37,431 nucleotides of DNA from Tubiluchus corallicola (taxonomy: Eukaryota; Animalia; Priapulida), in the NCBI GenBank assembly GCA_030141605.1, contig JAQGDQ010000573.1:100529-137959 (forward strand), read 5' to 3'. This document shows, in pieces, positions 1-11,374 of this stretch. The stretch's first letter is position 1, and each line of letters begins with the position of its first letter. A program made the position numbers and the translations under genes. A model generated the notes under the pieces. The model did no database searches and had not been told where the DNA came from. It worked only from the letters and a program-made list of their open reading frames with translations.

Positions 1-140
1 TTTGACCCACTTTGTGTACCAGTACTTATATAGGCAGTGACAGAGTGAGTTTTGACCCACTTTGTGTACCAGTACTTATATAGGCAGTGACAGAGTGAGT
101 TTTGACCCACTTTGTGTACCAGTACTTATATAGGCAGTGA
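1..140. repeat. Tandem repeat, 50-bp unit, 2.8 copies visible (may continue off-window)
   Basis: TTTGACCCACTTTGTGTACCAGTACTTATATAGGCAGTGACAGAGTGAGT recurs at 1, 51 and 101. Confidence 0.95.
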
Positions 141-716
141 TTTTCGTGTCGCGCTAGGCTTTGTGAGAAAAGCTGCTGCTCTATTGTTAAGGTCTGGTAG
201 CGAGATGAGTACCAGTTAATGGTGGATATCAATTTAGGTTTCCCCACGAGCTGCTGGACGTAGCGTATTGATGGAACTCTTGTTGTTGTTGTTGGCATGC
301 TTACGCTGTCAAGCAAGTGAAGCAAACAGGCATTGATGCTGATTGGTGAGAGATGGATTGATTTATGTGCTATGAATTGATAGATTAGTATGAAATAAGT
401 TTGTCGCAAAGGACTCAGTCATTCAAAAGGCAAACATACTGAACGCAGTTCGATTCAATTCATATCATGTTATTTGTAAACCGCACTATTACAAAACGTT
501 TTTGCTGACGTTATAAAATAGTTTTTTAGCATCTATGCGACGCAGGTCTATAACGATCGCACGCATCTAGTAATAATGCTACACTAAAGGCAGCACAATT
601 GCAAGACTCTAAACTTGGGTTGCCACCTGGACGCCATGAATAATAATTTAGCTAATCATTTTGTTTATTTATTTAAACGCACGTTTTCATCTGATGTAGT
701 TGCAGTTTCAGTGAAC

Positions 717-1457
717 GTGGTTCTGTGTGAAACTAGGCCTAATCTAAACTAAAACCTGTCTCTTTCTCTGTACTACAGGTGGTTCTGTGTGAAACTAGGC
801 CTAATCTAAACTAAAACCTGTCTCTTTCTCTGTACTACAGGTGGTTCTGTGTGAAACTAGGCCTAATCTAAACTAAAACCTGTCTCTTTCTCTGTACTAC
901 AGGTGGTTCTGTGTGAAACTAGGCCTAATCTAAACTAAAACCTGTCTCTTTCTCTGTATTACAGGTGGTTCTGTGTGAAACTAGGCCTAATCTAAACTAA
1001 AACCTGTCTCTTTCTCTGTATTACAGGTGGTTCTGTGTGAAACTAGGCCTAATCTAAACTAAAACCTGTCTCTTTCTCTGTATTACAGGTGGTTCTGTGT
1101 GAAACTAGGCCTAATCTAAACTAAAACCTGTCTCTTTCTCTGTATTACAGGTGGTTCTGTGTGAAACTAGGCCTAATCTAAACTAAAACCTGTCTCTTTC
1201 TCTGTATTACAGGTGGTTCTGTGTGAAACTAGGCCTAATCTAAACTAAAACCTGTCTCTTTCTCTGTATTACAGGTGGTTCTGTGTGAAACTAGGCCTAA
1301 TCTAAACTAAAACCTGTCTCTTTCTCTGTATTACAGGTGGTTCTGTGTGAAACTAGGCCTAATCTAAACTAAAACCTGTCTCTTTCTCTGTATTACAGGT
1401 GGTTCTGTGTGAAACTAGGCCTAATCTAAACTAAAACCTGTCTCTTTCTCTGTATTA
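717..1457. repeat. Minisatellite, 62-bp unit, ~12 near-identical copies
   Basis: GTGGTTCTGTGTGAAACTAGGCCTAATCTAAACTAAAACCTGTCTCTTTCTCTGTA(C/T)TACAG at 717, 779, 841, 903 onward. The first 3 copies have C and the rest have T. Confidence 0.97.
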
Positions 1458-1648
1458 AATGTAAATCCGGGGTGGATACAGGCTTTAAAACAACGGTGGG
1501 CCCAACAGAAAAGCAGTTAGAGGGTCTGGGGAAGCGGTGTAAGCTTTCTGCCCTCTAGAAGGCATTTCCTCTAGAAAGCTCATTGGTTTAGAACAGGTAT
1601 CATCTCACCATTGACTAAAAATTACATGCCAGTATATTCATATACACT

Positions 1649-1684
1649 ATGATGACGATGATGATGATGATGACGATGATGATG
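1649..1684. repeat. (GAT/GAC)n microsatellite
   Basis: Directly visible. Confidence 0.9.
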
Positions 1685-1745
1685 TATCGTGTAATCAGTA
1701 AAATTACTTTAAAGTTGTAATTGTTTCACTCCTGACCGCTTCCGG

Positions 1746-1841
1746 TTTTGAATACCCGTTTTTCCACCAATGACGTCATTTTGAACACCCGTTTTCCACC
1801 AATGACATCATTTTGAACACCCGTTTTTCCACCAATGACGT
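1746..1841. repeat. Short tandem repeat, ~32-33-bp unit x3
   Basis: TTTTGAA(T/C)ACCCGTTTT(T)CCACCAATGAC(G/A)TCA repeated three times. Confidence 0.85.
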
Positions 1842-2359
1842 TGCTTGTCGGCTTGTCAGTCTCCCGAACGCTACTCTTGTTTTACTTAGACAGGGGGGCG
1901 GGGTATCATTATGCAGTTGAACTTCGTTATACCCCGCCGTCCGTCTAACTGTCCGGTATTACTAAGTTGGGAGTGGGGGTGGGTGCATATTTTTATTATC
2001 AGCACTTTTCTAATTAACTAATATTTCACAAGATTTCTTCTGTGGGCAAGGAAACATACATGATGTACATAATGTTCATTTTCTTTCTTGTGATATATTA
2101 TTTTTACATATATAACGCACCTTTATGATTCAGCAAATGGTTCTAATGCTTGTAATTCAGAGAAAATATTAATTTGGTGTTTTGTAACTGTTACTGCAAG
2201 GGAGGGCCCAGGCCCCTTGGGTCTACCCCCTAAATCCGCCACTGCAGACTGTACCAAAGCAGGACCCCCGCTTACTGATACTGTGACTGTTACTGTTACA
2301 AAACGGAAACTTTTCTACCCATATGATTATAGTTCTAGGACCATTTCAGTAGACCACGA

Positions 2360-2706
2360 CGTTTTATACTTTAATGTAATACATAGGAAAACTGCATACA
2401 GTCTATACAGTAGAGTAATGCAAAGCTCAAATCTTCTTATAAAGGCATTGAATAACAGTGACGCATTTTACACTTCAGACATAAGAGACCAGTGGAGGAA
2501 AGTGTTAGGTAGAAATTATGGGTGTGGATTCAGGCTGGACGCATGATATTGTATATATATATATATATAGATTGTACTGTTATTTTTTTATTTATGTATT
2601 AATTTGCATGTGTTGAGAGGAGGTGTTATAATTATTGTATGTCTTGTGTTGTTATGTGTTCTATAAACCTAGTTCGAAATAAAGAGTTAAATCATATCAA
2701 ATCAAA
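2360..2706 (+). mobile_element. 3' fragment of a non-LTR retrotransposon (Proto2/RTEX-like ORF2 C-terminus plus 3' UTR)
   Basis: FNVIHRKTAYSLYSRVMQSSNLLIKALNNSDAFYTSDIRDQWRKVL resembles recalled LINE ORF2 C-termini. Ends with AATAAA and a short ATCAA-type tail. Clade uncertain. Confidence 0.45.
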
Positions 2707-2751
2707 GGGAGGCAGTAGCTGATATAGTTTGGTGGAATCGGGCAATTGTGA

Positions 2752-2784
2752 TATAAAACTGTGTGAGCTGCGTGCTTGTCAGTT
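2752..2784 (+). promoter_or_regulatory. Candidate TATA plus Inr core promoter
   Basis: TATAAAA at 2752 and TCAGTT with its A at 2781, a 29-bp spacing. Confidence 0.3.
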
Positions 2785-3343
2785 ATCCTGAGATTTCATG
2801 AACTCAGCGGAAATCCGTAAATAACGTGTTGTGCTTGCAGTGAAAGCATTCACTTAATAACAGCATAAACTCGCTAATTAATGAAGGTAATAATAAACGT
2901 CAAAGCTGATAATTAATGATCCCCATGCATGTTATTTTAGGGGCGCGCCGAACGTGAATTTTCACATTTCGGTAATTGAATTAGCTTGTATTTAATTGCT
3001 GTCCCCAGCCATGCGTGATCAGTATCTAGCTGTGCTGTGCACGTAACTCAATAAACGCTGCATTTTATCAGGCTCGTGCCGAGAGAGCAGGTTGACACAT
3101 TGACGTTTATTAGCAGCAGAAGCTGCGGGAGGGAGATGACTGTCTGATATAAATGTCGCATGCTGTGTGATAGGTATATGACGTGCAATACAGTCACTGG
3201 TATTGGCTTTTGCTTATTACATTTGTGTAGATTACTATAGCCCTATTGGAACTTTGTGAGACGAAACAACAGGTATGATTCGTACTAATTTAATATTGAA
3301 TTTTTCATATGACACTGTATTTCGTTTTTCAGTTTATCGTTAA

Positions 3344-3773
3344 CCCTTTCAGTCCCAAATTATTTTTTTAATAAGAAAAAAATTTTTGGCTTGGTACTTT
3401 TCTTCAGTATGTCCATCTTGTTTACACATAATAATTATTTTTTTTCTACCTGTGCCCGCGTGCTAAATATAGCCTGTATCCCACGGGATACATTGGGATT
3501 CAATGGAAGCATAAAATGTGCTTCATTTTGCAACTGCTGATAATTTTTTAAAGTATTTAAGACATTTAGTATGCATGCTATGCTAATCTGTACAAAGTCG
3601 TCTCTAAAGTACTGTACCTTGCGCAGTTTTTTATGCTATGCAGATTTTCTAGTTTGCCATTTCATCACCATTTTTAGTCTATTGTTATTGGCTTAAGTCA
3701 GTTTTAAAATTTTGCTAATTTTAAAGGCAGAAAATATTCTCGTATCCCACGGGATACAACGGGTATGAGAGGG
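3344..3773. mobile_element. piggyBac-like MITE
   Basis: TTAA|CCCTTTCAGTCCC ... GGGTATGAGAGGG|TTAA. Internal near-palindrome GTATCCCACGGGATAC occurs twice (~3476 and ~3742). Confidence 0.75.
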
Positions 3774-3813
3774 TTAACACAGGTGTGCTGATATTGTCTA
3801 TCTCTGAGACGGG

Positions 3814-4208
3814 TAGGGGTGAGCATTCTCTACCAGGAAGCGAATTCGAATCGAACCGAATTTGTGACTTTCGAATTCGACTCGAATTCGAATTGAGATT
3901 GAACGATTTTCGAACAAGTTTTCGAACCACCAGTAAAAATTAGTCTTACAAAGATCATGCATATCACTAGATTTTGTTCTGCAATAAAACGGCTACTAAT
4001 TTCTTTAAAATTGTGCGCAGAAATCACAGCTAAATTATGCTAATTGCATGATGTTTCAATCGTTTTAGTGATAAAGAACATGTGTGATTGAAGTGCTGAA
4101 TTATTCGAATCTATAGTTTTGGATTCGAATCGAGTTTGAACTAAAAAAAACTCGTTCGAATCGAATTCGAGCGAATTCGAACGTTGGAACTCGAACGTTC
4201 GATGCTTA
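3814..4208. mobile_element. hAT-like MITE family A (TAGGGGTGAGCAT termini, TTCGAA-rich), copy 1
   Basis: Homologous to 13534-13781. Flanks GAGACGGG and GTGACGGG form an 8-bp TSD (7/8). The right TIR is partly deleted. Confidence 0.8.
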
Positions 4209-4229
4209 GTGACGGGCGTTTTTTTTCAG

Positions 4230-4335
4230 GTGTACATTCTGAAGTAAATAATCCAGTAGAGACTTTGCTTTCACTATGCGGATACGTGTACGTTTGCCAT
4301 ACAAACATGTGAACTTATCAATTATCAAACAACTG
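4230..4335 (+). other. Candidate host exon with ATG at 4276 (MRIRVRLPYKHVNLSIIKQL), phase-0 donor
   Basis: TTTTTTTTCAG acceptor ends at 4229 and GTGAGT donor starts at 4336. No homology recognised. Confidence 0.25.
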
Positions 4336-4500
4336 GTGAGTTATTAATATTTGTTAAATGTTGATAATTAATTAGAAGGAAAAGACAAGTCAATTAGCGT
4401 GTTGTGTGTTATTTCATTGTTGTATAACAAAGATATTTGCAGAAAAGTGTCTATAGTGCATGAAGTTAAATTGTACTACCGCTGTTTAGAAATCTTCAGG

Positions 4501-4601
4501 TGTATTGGTAGCCGCCATTCACATGAAAATTATGATGTCACTGGTGGACTGTGTATTGGTAGCCGCCATTCACTTGAAAATTATGACGTCACTGGTGGAC
4601 T
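4501..4601. repeat. Tandem duplication, 51-bp period x2
   Basis: TGTATTGGTAGCCGCCATTCAC(A/T)TGAAAATTATGA(T/C)GTCACTGGTGGACT occurs twice. Confidence 0.9.
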
Positions 4602-5391
4602 TTCTGATTTTTTGTAAGCGGTCGCTGCTTAAACTACTTTAAAACTTACTTAATATTCATGCAGTAAAATTGCAAAATTGCAATAATATGCCACTGGCAT
4701 AGCGGAGTCTAGTTTTTTACTGGATTAACTGCTGTGTTTACCAGCCCTAAGGGCAGATTTCTTTTATTTGAGAGTTCTGTCCACTCAATTTCTACAATAG
4801 ACGTAATGGGCATATGATGATGATAATGATTGCAAAATTGGCTATCCAATTTTTTGTAAAAACTTATAGTACTTATGATACTTTCGTACTTGATGGAAAT
4901 TGATAGTGCGCGCACCTTTTCTTTAATCAGTGAACGACGGACATTAATGGAAGAATGAGCGGCAGGGTCGTCATGTACCAAAAAAAATTAGGGGGGGGGG
5001 GGCAAGACTGTATATAATGGCAGAACTTAGCTGTTTAAAAAACGTATAATTTTGAATTCCCACACCAGTATTTTGCGTGCAAGAAAAACGATTTATTCCC
5101 AACTGTCATTTAACTTAAAGCTATAGCTACAGAAATTTATTTAAAATTAAAATTTAATTAAGTGTTTATTAGCTGTTAGGAATCCAAAGATTCGATGAAA
5201 AGACGACTACCAAAACATATGTACCTTTAATTTAATATTTTTAACAATTACTAAACTTTTTATTCCGAGGCAAGATGAAGATGATGAACAAACAACAAAC
5301 GCTATTTTTAAATGATTCAGCAACACAGTCAAAGCCAACAACATAACATGAATACATGAATATGTTACAGGATGACTATAGGGGTATAATA

Positions 5392-5971
5392 TAGGTTTTA
5401 CACGTCAAATGTAGACACAGGAAAGTTCAAATGTGACTTAGGTAAGTCAAATGTAGACATAGGAATTTCGAATGTGTTTTGGTAACTCAAATGTGACTTA
5501 GATAAGTCAAATGTAGATGCATTACTTTGAATAAATCGGTAATTAAGTTATTTAAGTGCAAATTACAAAAAGATAAACCAAAGATAGTCATCACCTCTTT
5601 CAGGACTTTGAAAAATGCGTTGTATATCCTCAAACTAAATTCTTTGATAAACCATAACGTCGGTAGAAAAAAATAAATTGGTTCCCACTTCCCAATGAAC
5701 AGTGAATCACTAATTACGCTTAAGATTTCTTGAAAACCATTGTTAACACATTTGAACTACCTAAGTCTACATTTGAGTTACCAAGACACATTTGAATTGC
5801 CTAAATCTACATTTGAGTTACCAAGACACATTTGAATTGCCTAAATCTACATTTGAGTTACCAAGACACATTTGAATTACCTAAATCTACATTTGAGTTA
5901 CCAAGACACATTTGAATTGCCTAAATCTACATTTGAGTTAACGCAGGTCTGTATTTGACATGTAAAACCTA
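5392..5971. mobile_element. Foldback-like MITE with TA flanks and inverted subterminal repeats, including a 40-bp tandem array
   Basis: TA|TAGGTTTTACACGTCAAATGTAGAC ... GTCTGTATTTGACATGTAAAACCTA|TA. TCAAATGT repeats on the left mirror ACATTTGA repeats on the right (40-bp unit, ~5 copies, 5746-5940). Confidence 0.75.
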
Positions 5972-6543
5972 TAGAAAAGCAATGACAGGTATTACACCAA
6001 GATAATGCGTTCAAAATGGGAGCGTCCAAAAGTCAATGATCGCGACTTTAAAATGATTTTACTATTTATGTGAGGTGCTTATTACGCTTTTATTACTAAA
6101 TCCTTCTAGCTTTCGCCAACATTGAAATAAGCTCTACATCCCAGAAGGCTTGGCCTTTCCTTTAATAATAGAATAAAAAAATTGTAGTATCGTCTGTTGT
6201 GTCTGATTGCAATATATAACTATAGGTCTTTTAAGCCCGCATACACAAACATCCACAGTAAAAATGTCTGGAGCCACAAAGCATCCATGGATTTTTTCCT
6301 TGCATCCCCCAGTATTACGAAGGATTAATAATTGTAATCCCTAGTCAGCCATGGTGAATTTCAGTCCATAAAGTGCTTAATTTTATTTTCAAAATTTTAT
6401 TTATTAATCCCCCCATTTATCAAAAGTTTCATTAACGATGGCTAGTGCACCGAGTTGTCTAATTTATAGGCATGATTTAGTGATGTATTATATGATAATA
6501 ACTTGCTTGATATACACGGTAAAATTGGCTAATGTCATACACA

Positions 6544-6751
6544 CAGGGCCTATTTCAGGGGGGGGGAAGTGGGGATACTTCCCCGGGGCCTCACCCTCCA
6601 AGGGGGCCTCACGCCGAGGTAACATTTTTTTGCTTTATGCGAACATACTGCCTCCTCTCTCCCCCCTCTCTCTGTTGCCGCACCTCCCCCCCCCCGAAGG
6701 GCCTCACACGCCCCACTTCCCCGGGCCTCGCTTAGGCTGAAATAGGCCCTA
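6544..6751. mobile_element. hAT-like MITE family B (CAGGGCCTATTTCAG TIR), short copy
   Basis: TIR CAGGGCCTATTTCAG / CTGAAATAGGCCCTA with a perfect 8-bp TSD CATACACA. Confidence 0.9.
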
Positions 6752-6928
6752 CATACACAGGCCAATGTCATTGTCCTGTATTGTCATTTAATGAAAAATC
6801 ATAAAAATCATATTTTCTTTTTCATCAAAATTTTGATCAGAAATATATAAATGTTCAAAGAAGCATTTCTTTTGTCGGCATTTTGCAAAATCAAATAGTA
6901 AGTACAGAAAGTATAATAGCTATAGAAA

Positions 6929-7493
6929 AGGTCGTTGGGCAAATGTACCTCGTGAGCGCAGGCTGTGTCTTTGTGGAGAAATGCAGAGAGAAGCAGGTCG
7001 TTGGGCAAATGTACCTCGTGAGCGCAGGCTATGTCTTTGTGGAGAAATTCAGACAGAAGAGCATTTTTTGTGCGAGTGCCATGAAAATGCACTTTATAGA
7101 TCACTGTAATTATAGTAATATTGCAAATTTATTTGACGGAGAATTAATGTCAATTGGAAATTTCATTTACGACTGTATGCATAGATTTGTGAATTAAATA
7201 GTATAGCTTTGTTAGCGGACACATAACCGCATCACTGTGATTATCATATAGGTAAAATATTTGTTCATCACATGTGTACAAATGCTTAGTAACTAGTTTT
7301 TTTCGCTTCATAGAGTTTACAACTAAATTTGTATATCTGTGTATATACCTTGTGCAGCTATGTTGAGTCAAATTGTCAGTATGATCTGGAAATCATTACC
7401 CGAGCTCTGCCCGCTGATAAAACCATCGGGTGTGCGTCGAGTTTGTAATTTTCGTGTTGGAAATTTCATTTTCAGAAATAAAATATCTATCTA
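6929..7493 (+). mobile_element. 5'-truncated LINE (RTEX-like) 3' end, copy 1
   Basis: Encodes GRWANVPRERRLCLCGEIQTEEHFLCEC (CCHC knuckle). Ends AATAAAATATCTATCTA. Near-identical to 29050-29613. Confidence 0.75.
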
Positions 7494-7566
7494 GTGTCCA
7501 TAATGGTGCACAGGTAGTTCTGCAAGCATACCAGGGAACCTCTGATTTGCCAGCAAGCATCACTAA

Positions 7567-8211
7567 AGCACAAGAAAATCCTCCATACACATACAAAGCT
7601 TAAAAATTCGTCTTGAAATGTTATACCACTTCGGCAGTAACGCTGTGCAAAACATGTAAATTTAAACTCCCGCGATAACTATTAGACGCAGCCATTTTGA
7701 CGACAGGTCATTTGAAACAAGTTTAGATAACATTGAGCAAACTTTGAAAAAATAATCAGAGCATTCGTAGCGCACACGTCACTAACTAAGTAAACTTTTA
7801 AATTACTGTATCTTGTCAATAAGATTAAAATACGTTTTTGGTTAGTGAGTGGTGCACCCTGGAGGTGAGTCAGCGACACTTTACCAATTGGTGAAAACAT
7901 TTTAAATAATTAATAATTTTCTTTTCTAGTTACATAAGTCTTTCCAGCAGGTAAGCGAAAATCTAAGTAATATAGATTTGCATGTAATGTTTTTGGAAGA
8001 TAATTTAACATTTCTTTTTCTTCCCTTGATTTACGTTTGGTACATGACGTCATGTAATGGCGACTTCAGTTTTGCGGGAGATTCAAAATAAAAACAAACA
8101 AAAATTGCTTTAAATGCGAGTAAGATATACGCATAAAAATGCTGTAAAGTAATATAATTTTTTTAAGGCGATTTTTCTGAAACCTACTTCAGGTACCCCT
8201 TTTCTTGTCCT
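7567..8211. mobile_element. Kolobok-like (TTAA) MITE family C, uninterrupted copy
   Basis: CTAA|AGCACAAGAAAA ... TTTTCTTGTCCT|TTAA. Homologous to 16595-16664 plus 21695-22308. Confidence 0.7.
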
Positions 8212-8799
8212 TTAAACATAAGCACGCACAAATGTTTTTTGAAAAAGTTATCATTACCAAAATGAATTAGAATTCCAATGCAAAAACTCAATCCTTAAAT
8301 ATTTTAAAATAGAATTTATAACAAAATGTAAGGAAGCAAGCGCATGAAAAGGCTGGCATGTTGTTTAGTGACGTCATGTTTCTCCATTAAGTCACTGACA
8401 CGTAAAATCTGATTTCAAAGAATCCTATTAGGAGCCATAAACTCCTAACAAAAACATCGTCGGTTTTTATCATTTTGCATCTTGGCACAATAGCGAATAA
8501 AAGAAATGAAAGCCAGTTATGCTGCTGTCGACCAAGAAGCGTTCGCGTTGTCATGGAAACGTTGCGGTTTTATACAGGTGTATTTACGTGCAACAAAAAC
8601 ATTTCTGGCTTCGTGGCTATGTAGGTTAATAACGGACCTGATTGGCAGTTTCCGATGCACAAAATTATCGCTTTCCAGCTTGTTGGGTTTGTGCAGGTAT
8701 CCATATTCCCGTCAGGGTTCAGGTAACAAGGAAAAGAGGCAGCATTCACCCTGAATGTGGTTTCACTACGGAGGAGGGGCAAATGAGAATCAGCAGTCA

Positions 8800-9390
8800 C
8801 ATTGTCTTCTCATTGTTTTCTCATTGTCTTCTCATTGTCTTCTCATTGTTTCCTCATTGTTTTCTCATTGTTTTCTCATTGTTTTGTCATTGTTTTCTCA
8901 TTGTCTTCTCATTGTTTTGTCATTGTCTTCTCATTGTTTTGTCATTGTCTTCTCATTGTCTTCTCATTGTTTTGTCATTGTTTTCTCATTGTCTTCTCAT
9001 TGTTTTGTCATTGTCTTCTCATTGTCTTCTCATTGTTTTGTCATTGTCTTCTCATTGTCTTCTCATTGTTTTCTCATTGTCTTCTCATTGTTTTCACATT
9101 GTCTTCTCATTGTCTTCTCATTGTTTCCTCATTGTTTTCTCATTGTTTTCTCATTGTTTTGTCATTGTTTTCTCATTGTCTTCTCATTGTTTTGTCATTG
9201 TCTTCTCATTGTTTTGTCATTGTCTTCTCATTGTCTTCTCATTGTTTTGTCATTGTTTTCTCATTGTCTTCTCATTGTTTTGTCATTGTCTTCTCATTGT
9301 TTTGTCATTGTCTTCTCATTGTCTTCTCATTGTTTTCTCATTGTCTTCTCATTGTCTTCTCATTGTTTTCTCATTGTCTTCTCGTTGTTT
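8800..9390. repeat. 11-bp minisatellite CATTGT(C/T)TT(C/G)T, ~53 copies
   Basis: Directly visible. It accounts for the three overlapping plus-strand ORFs here. Confidence 0.97.
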
Positions 9391-9413
9391 TTTTAGGATA
9401 TAATTAGTAACTG

Positions 9414-9548
9414 ACTTTGACGTCTAGACTGCACAACCTCAAAATCAGAGGCTCAAGTTTTTTTATGTCTATCTACGAGAAACTTTGACGTCTAGACTGC
9501 ACAACCTCAAAATCAGAGGCTTAAGTTTTTTATGTCTATCCACGAGAA
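9414..9548. repeat. Tandem duplication, ~68-bp x2
   Basis: ACTTTGACGTCTAGACTGCACAACCTCAAAATCAGAGGCT...ACGAGAA occurs twice. Confidence 0.9.
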
Positions 9549-10492
9549 TGGAGCGTCTGTAGTGCCTATAATTTAATATTTTCACTACATCTAGTTTTGT
9601 ACTACGGTATGTAACACAGAACAATGAAAAGAAAAAATGTGAAAAAGGCTTTTGTCAATATATGTAGCAACATAAACCAAACTCCTTTAGTGGCACAAAC
9701 ACTTTATTATTGACTGTCTTTTCTGTACACTGCGTTGTGACTACTAGATTAAAACTGTAAAAGTTCAAATCAGTTGAAACTGGTTAACCTTGGGTACTGC
9801 ATATCAGAAAACAGTCAGGTGAGAAAATGATTCACTGTAGTCTAACTTGCTGTAAAGTTGTAATGTTGCTAAAGTTTATAAAGTTCATAAACAAACTCGT
9901 GACTCAGTTCACGACAAAAATGGTGATAATAATTGTCAGTAAAATTAAACACGTAAGGCTAGAAAAAAATCAGAGTATGGGAGTATAACATAATCTGTAA
10001 GCAACAAAACAAAGAATTGACCTAAATTAAAGAAAATAAAACGAAACAGCCTTTTTATAACAACCAAAATAAAAGGTTAAAATTCTTACTAACACATAAA
10101 AATTGTCTGTGTAAGCAGTTTCCTTTATCTGTTTGTTTTAATATTGTCAAATCACTTTCATTTGAGAGCACCAAATAAGCTGCGTGACCAAAACAGAGTG
10201 TTTAAGAGACAGTCCCTAGTTGCCTAAGTAGCCAAAACAACCTGTATCCAATTGTTTTGTGGCGAAGCACTCTGTGTCCAGAATTTAAAGGTGAAAAATG
10301 AAATATTTTGTGCACAGTATAGGCTCAATCGCCCAAATGTCTACTGACAAAAGATAAATAATAAAAATAAAATTAATATATTTGTTTTTAGCATGTGCAG
10401 TTTAAATAAGTTAGTTATGCTGTTTACTAAATAGGATTGTTTCTGTTTACATTGTGATCGGCCTCGGGACACTGAGGGCCTATAAAAATTAA

Positions 10493-10820
10493 AGCAAAAC
10501 CGGACCCAATCTTAAACTGTAGGTCAAAACAATCTACTATTTAACATATTGAAAGGAAACATACCATTTTTTTCAAAAATGACTTAATATGAAAGAATTA
10601 TCACACAAACGCAATTTCACGTTCGCGCCACTAGTTATTCGCTATTACATGCATTTCACCATTCACTAGTTAGACGGGCACTAGCGCCTGCATTTCGCAT
10701 AGTGTTGCATAAAAACAGGTACTGTACCTCTCAGTTCAGATGTGTTAGTTTGTGACGAACTGAACACGTTCAACAGCTCACCGTGCTTGAAAATGGGATG
10801 AAAAATCATCCTGTCTTCCT
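10493..10820. mobile_element. Possible second Kolobok-like (TTAA) MITE
   Basis: TTAA|AGCAAAACCGGA ... TCCTGTCTTCCT|TTAA, TIR match 9/12. Confidence 0.45.
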
Positions 10821-11183
10821 TTAAGGGTCTAGCCTTATTAGCACGTAGTTCAAACTATTATGGATGGCAGTTAAATTGTTAGATATATTAATTACAGACG
10901 TATGCTTACTAAGAAAGCAATGAAAGTATGATACGATTAGCATTTTTAAAGCGAAATAACTTCGTTGTTCTATTCGTTATTAAATTCTATTACTATCACC
11001 ACCGTACAATAGGTTTTGTTTTTTAAGTTGGGATTGTTGTTTATATTGTACTACAGGGCTGTGGTGAAATGAAATGTAATGCTGGCAGGGGAATACAGTA
11101 GACTTCTCATGTGTGCATGTATGTGAACGTGGCTTTATCTAGCACAGACTCGTATTCTGACCTTTTGTTAGTAAGAGCTAGTA

Positions 11184-11374
11184 GTCACGTGCACACCTGA
11201 GCTTATAAAAAGGGAAGGTCTGCTGTACACCTGAGCTTATAAAAAGGGAAGGTCTGCTGTACACCTGAGCTTATAGAAAGGGAAGGTCTGCTGTAGACCC
11301 TTGTCAGTGGTCGTGTCTTTCATTGCAGCTCTGTTCACATTTCACAAATCAAGACTCCGTTCTTCTAGGTAAGC
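11184..11374 (+). promoter_or_regulatory. Candidate promoter plus short non-coding first exon
   Basis: GTCACGTG E-box at 11184, TATA boxes at 11204/11238/11272, TCAGT at 11304, and donor AG|GTAAGC at 11369. Confidence 0.4.
11193..11295 (+). repeat. 34-bp tandem triplication containing a TATA box
   Basis: ACACCTGAGCTTATA(A/G)AAAGGGAAGGTCTGCTGT at 11193, 11227 and 11261. Confidence 0.92.

Larger units (their letters stand above)
1467..2244. mobile_element. Possible degraded or composite hAT-like MITE
   Basis: Left end CCGGGGTGGATACAGG matches the reverse complement of the right end (CAGTGGCGGATTTAGG) at 11/16. No matching TSD. Confidence 0.3.

Noticed and set aside
3841-4203. TTCGAA/GAATTC clusters as heat-shock elements or restriction-site arrays
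   Set aside because: They are the subterminal repeats of MITE family A, present in both copies. There is no evidence of regulatory use.
8642-9407. Three overlapping hydrophobic ORFs (201-253 aa) as membrane proteins
   Set aside because: They are by-products of a stop-free 11-bp repeat that is open in all three frames.
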